Below are positions 59,463-61,646 of a stretch of 61,646 bases of DNA, one piece after another. The DNA lies in the NCBI GenBank assembly GCA_964390595.1, contig CAYMIA010000006.1, forward strand, positions 1 to 61,646. The letters run 5' to 3'. The notes under the pieces were generated by a model. It saw nothing but the letters and a program-made list of their open reading frames with translations, had not been told where the DNA came from and made no database searches. Position 1 is the first letter of the stretch; the number at the start of each line of letters is the position of its first letter. The translations under genes and the position numbers were made by a program. Source of the DNA: an uncultured Gammaproteobacteria bacterium. GTDB lineage: Bacteria > Patescibacteriota > Microgenomatia > Daviesbacterales > UBA10151.

Positions 59463-59491
59463 ATTGTACGCACCAAGGGTCAATTTGTCAA
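59463..59491 (-). promoter_or_regulatory. Candidate promoter TTGACA-N17-TACAAT for rplJL
   Basis: Minus strand: TTGACA (59491-59486), AATTGACCCTTGGTGCG, TACAAT (59468-59463). Confidence 0.55.
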
Positions 59492-59494
59492 TTA

Positions 59495-61633
59495 TTAATC
59501 GTTTACCTTATAGAAGGGAATTAGGCAGTAGGAAAAGATCGGGCCTAGATTGCACTCTTGGAGTGGTGGTTGAGGTTGTGAATTAGCAGTTGCAGAAGTG
59601 GTCGCAATAGAACCGGACTGAGAAACCGATTCAACAGTGTCAGCAGCAATACTAGATAGCTGTAGATGTGCCCTCAACCCCGATAGCTTATTAGGCTCAC
59701 CAGAGTAGTCATAGACATCTAAAACAAAATCATATTCAGCCTCAGGATCAATTTGTTTGTCATCAGTAGTGGTTAAAGTGAAGAACTTTTTATCATTTTC
59801 CAGATAAATACTGGCATTAAAATCCCCTAAATTAATCCAATTCTCATCCAGACTTTTATCATCATCAGATTTAATCGCCTTAAGTGTGTAGTGATCTAGC
59901 AAATGATTATCAGCTGCCTTGGCAATAAAGTAGTATTTCCCCTGATTATCCAGTCCAATCCTAAAATCTTTTAAGACTGGAGCAACTTTTTGTTCTAAAT
60001 TAGGTGGATAAAAGTCTTTAACCTTTCCATCATCGGCTTGAAACATCAACCGGCTTAAATCTTTATAAACTCCTTTTTCCTTCCAGTTACGGTCAAAAAC
60101 AGTCCAGCTATTCCGGTAAGTCGCTGGATAACCAGAAGCTGAATATGCACGCGGCTGAAGAGTCCTAATCGCTCGAAGACTAGAAGGAACAATTCTGCTT
60201 AGTGAATCAGCAGCGCTATAATTGTTATCAACTGGTCTTGCCTGAAAGATAGTCACTCCAAAATTGGTCGAATTTTTAAATGCTAATCCAAATAAGGTAT
60301 TTTCATTGCCTGCGGAATTCAAGATCTGGGCAGCCTCTAAGAAACTTTGAGAAGCATTATAAGTCATATGTTCAGTAATAGCCCAATTTTTATTGTTATC
60401 CTTGTTAACTTTTTGAATAGTCTGATACATCTGAGGATTAGGATCAAAGTACCAATTGCCACTTCCCTGCAGAATACTAATCCCATTTAAGTTTTTTAAA
60501 TATTCTTCACTATTGCCAACCGTTCTGGTTTGTCTTAAAAAGGCACTACCAGCTTTCCCGACAACTACAAATTTATCACCTGCCACTATAAACTCAGTAT
60601 TAGCCAGATCCCCAGTATTAGTATCAAAATCTTTAAAATGAGCGACTAGATCTAAACTGCAATCTTTTTTCTTAGCCTCCAGACAAAGCTGTCTAAACTC
60701 AGCGATATCATTTGTTTCCCCCTCGATCACCTTTTTACGCGTTGACCCACCGTAGCCATTTCCTGGGTCACTTCCATTAACCCCTAACACTACAAACTTA
60801 TCTCCAGCTGTTAGCACCTCAGTATTAATTAAATCCCTAGACTGAGTATCAAAATTTCTATATTGAGTAATGGTATCAATGGTACAAGGATTTCTCCCTG
60901 CAAACTTACAAAACTGAGCAAATTCTTTAATATCGCTTAAAGATCCTGATTGAATGTTTTTCCTGGTCGTACCAGCAAAAGCCTCAGATGCATTTTTAGC
61001 TGAGGAAACCGGACCTAAAACTGCAAATTTTGTCCCTACAACTAAAAGCTCAGTATTAGCCAAATCACCGGTATTAATATCAAACCAGTTAAACTGAGCC
61101 ACCTCATCTAAGCTGCATGGGCTTCTACTTGCCTGCCGGCACAACTCGGCAAACTCCGGAATATCACCTACATTCCCAGCCAGTATCGCTTTCCTCAAAG
61201 ATCCACCATATCCAGTTCCGCTATTTTTGTCCGAGGCCGTGCTCAAAACAACAAACCTAGTTCCCGCTGACATAAACTCAGTATTAGCCAAATCCCCAGT
61301 ATTAGTATCGAAATCTTTAAAATGAGTGATCACATCTAGTTTGCATGGGTCTCTGTGAGCATCGGCACAGAGCTGTCTAAACTCAGCGATATCAGTTAGA
61401 TTACCGCTAAGCACCTTCTTTCTAGAAGAATCACCATACGCTGGATCATAAGGAGAAACATCCAAAAAATCAGCCGCTATCAGCGCGTTCTGAGCCTGCG
61501 GTTGACCGATTAGCTCTCCGATCGCCTCCCGGTAAGCGGCCGCTTCCATACTTATATAAGCAGCAAGTGATTTGGCTCTAAAAATATTCCAAAAGCTGAG
61601 CGAATTAGTCACCTCATCTGTGGTATCTGACAT
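59495..61633 (-). CDS. Protein with four ~70-77-aa Cys-pair repeats (LysM-like?) and a ~350-aa C-terminal domain of unknown function
   Basis: Four repeats of the form DI[AKP]EF.[QE][LF]C......[DP]C.[LI]D.[VI].[HQ][FY]..FD..[TS].DL.NTE.....G.[KR]F.V[LV]. There is no stop between ATG 61633 and the window edge, so the true start could lie further upstream. Confidence 0.7.
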   Translation of the reverse strand: MSDTTDEVTNSLSFWNIFRAKSLAAYISMEAAAYREAIGELIGQPQAQNALIAADFLDVSPYDPAYGDSSRKKVLSGNLTDIAEFRQLCADAHRDPCKLDVITHFKDFDTNTGDLANTEFMSAGTRFVVLSTASDKNSGTGYGGSLRKAILAGNVGDIPEFAELCRQASRSPCSLDEVAQFNWFDINTGDLANTELLVVGTKFAVLGPVSSAKNASEAFAGTTRKNIQSGSLSDIKEFAQFCKFAGRNPCTIDTITQYRNFDTQSRDLINTEVLTAGDKFVVLGVNGSDPGNGYGGSTRKKVIEGETNDIAEFRQLCLEAKKKDCSLDLVAHFKDFDTNTGDLANTEFIVAGDKFVVVGKAGSAFLRQTRTVGNSEEYLKNLNGISILQGSGNWYFDPNPQMYQTIQKVNKDNNKNWAITEHMTYNASQSFLEAAQILNSAGNENTLFGLAFKNSTNFGVTIFQARPVDNNYSAADSLSRIVPSSLRAIRTLQPRAYSASGYPATYRNSWTVFDRNWKEKGVYKDLSRLMFQADDGKVKDFYPPNLEQKVAPVLKDFRIGLDNQGKYYFIAKAADNHLLDHYTLKAIKSDDDKSLDENWINLGDFNASIYLENDKKFFTLTTTDDKQIDPEAEYDFVLDVYDYSGEPNKLSGLRAHLQLSSIAADTVESVSQSGSIATTSATANSQPQPPLQECNLGPIFSYCLIPFYKVND

Positions 61634-61646
61634 ACAAATATGAGTA

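Noticed and set aside
58124-59586. ORFs antisense to rplL/rplJ and the leader (58124-58492, 58581-58781, 59057-59257, 59291-59524, 59314-59586)
   Set aside because: They are antisense to highly conserved ribosomal protein genes. The translations are Ala/Leu-rich mirror artefacts.

Overview
Moderately AT-rich, gene-dense 61.6-kb bacterial window, mostly + strand. All calls are by-eye motif recognition; no searches were run.

Gene content suggests a small-genome Patescibacteria/CPR-like organism (inference only): two giant Thr/Ser/Gly-rich fibre-like surface proteins, a competence-domain-only ComEC, many polytopic membrane proteins, very short intergenic gaps and few Shine-Dalgarno sites.

Layout:
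- (i) 1-6777: 3' part of a giant surface protein that runs off the left edge.
- (ii) 6.8-21.9 kb: envelope glycan-modification island. It holds a GT2, five polytopic GT-C-like membrane proteins (two paralogous pairs), a NodU/CmcH carbamoyltransferase with two tiny membrane partners, a membrane-embedded SpeE-like protein and an SGNH hydrolase. A 56-bp element occurs twice in inverted orientation, at 6784 and 13339.
- (iii) 21.9-29.8 kb: secreted multidomain protein, then a sensing operon (Cache-only membrane sensor, CHASE4-like histidine kinase, receiver-only response regulator, two LytR_C proteins).
- (iv) 29.8-31.1 kb: unusual 1.3-kb ORF-free region with a tandem 24-bp hairpin repeat.
- (v) leuS.
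- (vi) 33.9-43.0 kb: 3025-aa protein with two cytoplasmic excisionase/MerR-type HTH domains, one TM helix and a huge tail-fibre-like ectodomain.
- (vii) Housekeeping and envelope genes: SprT-like, comEA, comEC, argS, phosphoesterase, ndk, Cys-repeat secreted protein, tRNA-Pro, tRNA-Arg, sortase, PEGA protein, mreB, GT4, GT26, ROK kinase, cupin PGI-like.
- (viii) 57.05-58.15 kb: small convergent two-gene cassette plus a structured non-coding stretch.
- (ix) rplL, rplJ with leader, and a 712-aa Cys-pair repeat protein.

No rRNA, CRISPR array, transposase or integrase was recognised.

Most interesting candidates: the membrane-tethered HTH giant protein with phased repeats in its own promoter; the duplicated GT-C/TPR glycosylation island bracketed by the conserved palindrome-containing element; a recurrent leaderless-mRNA promoter geometry; and the 1.3-kb non-coding repeat region.
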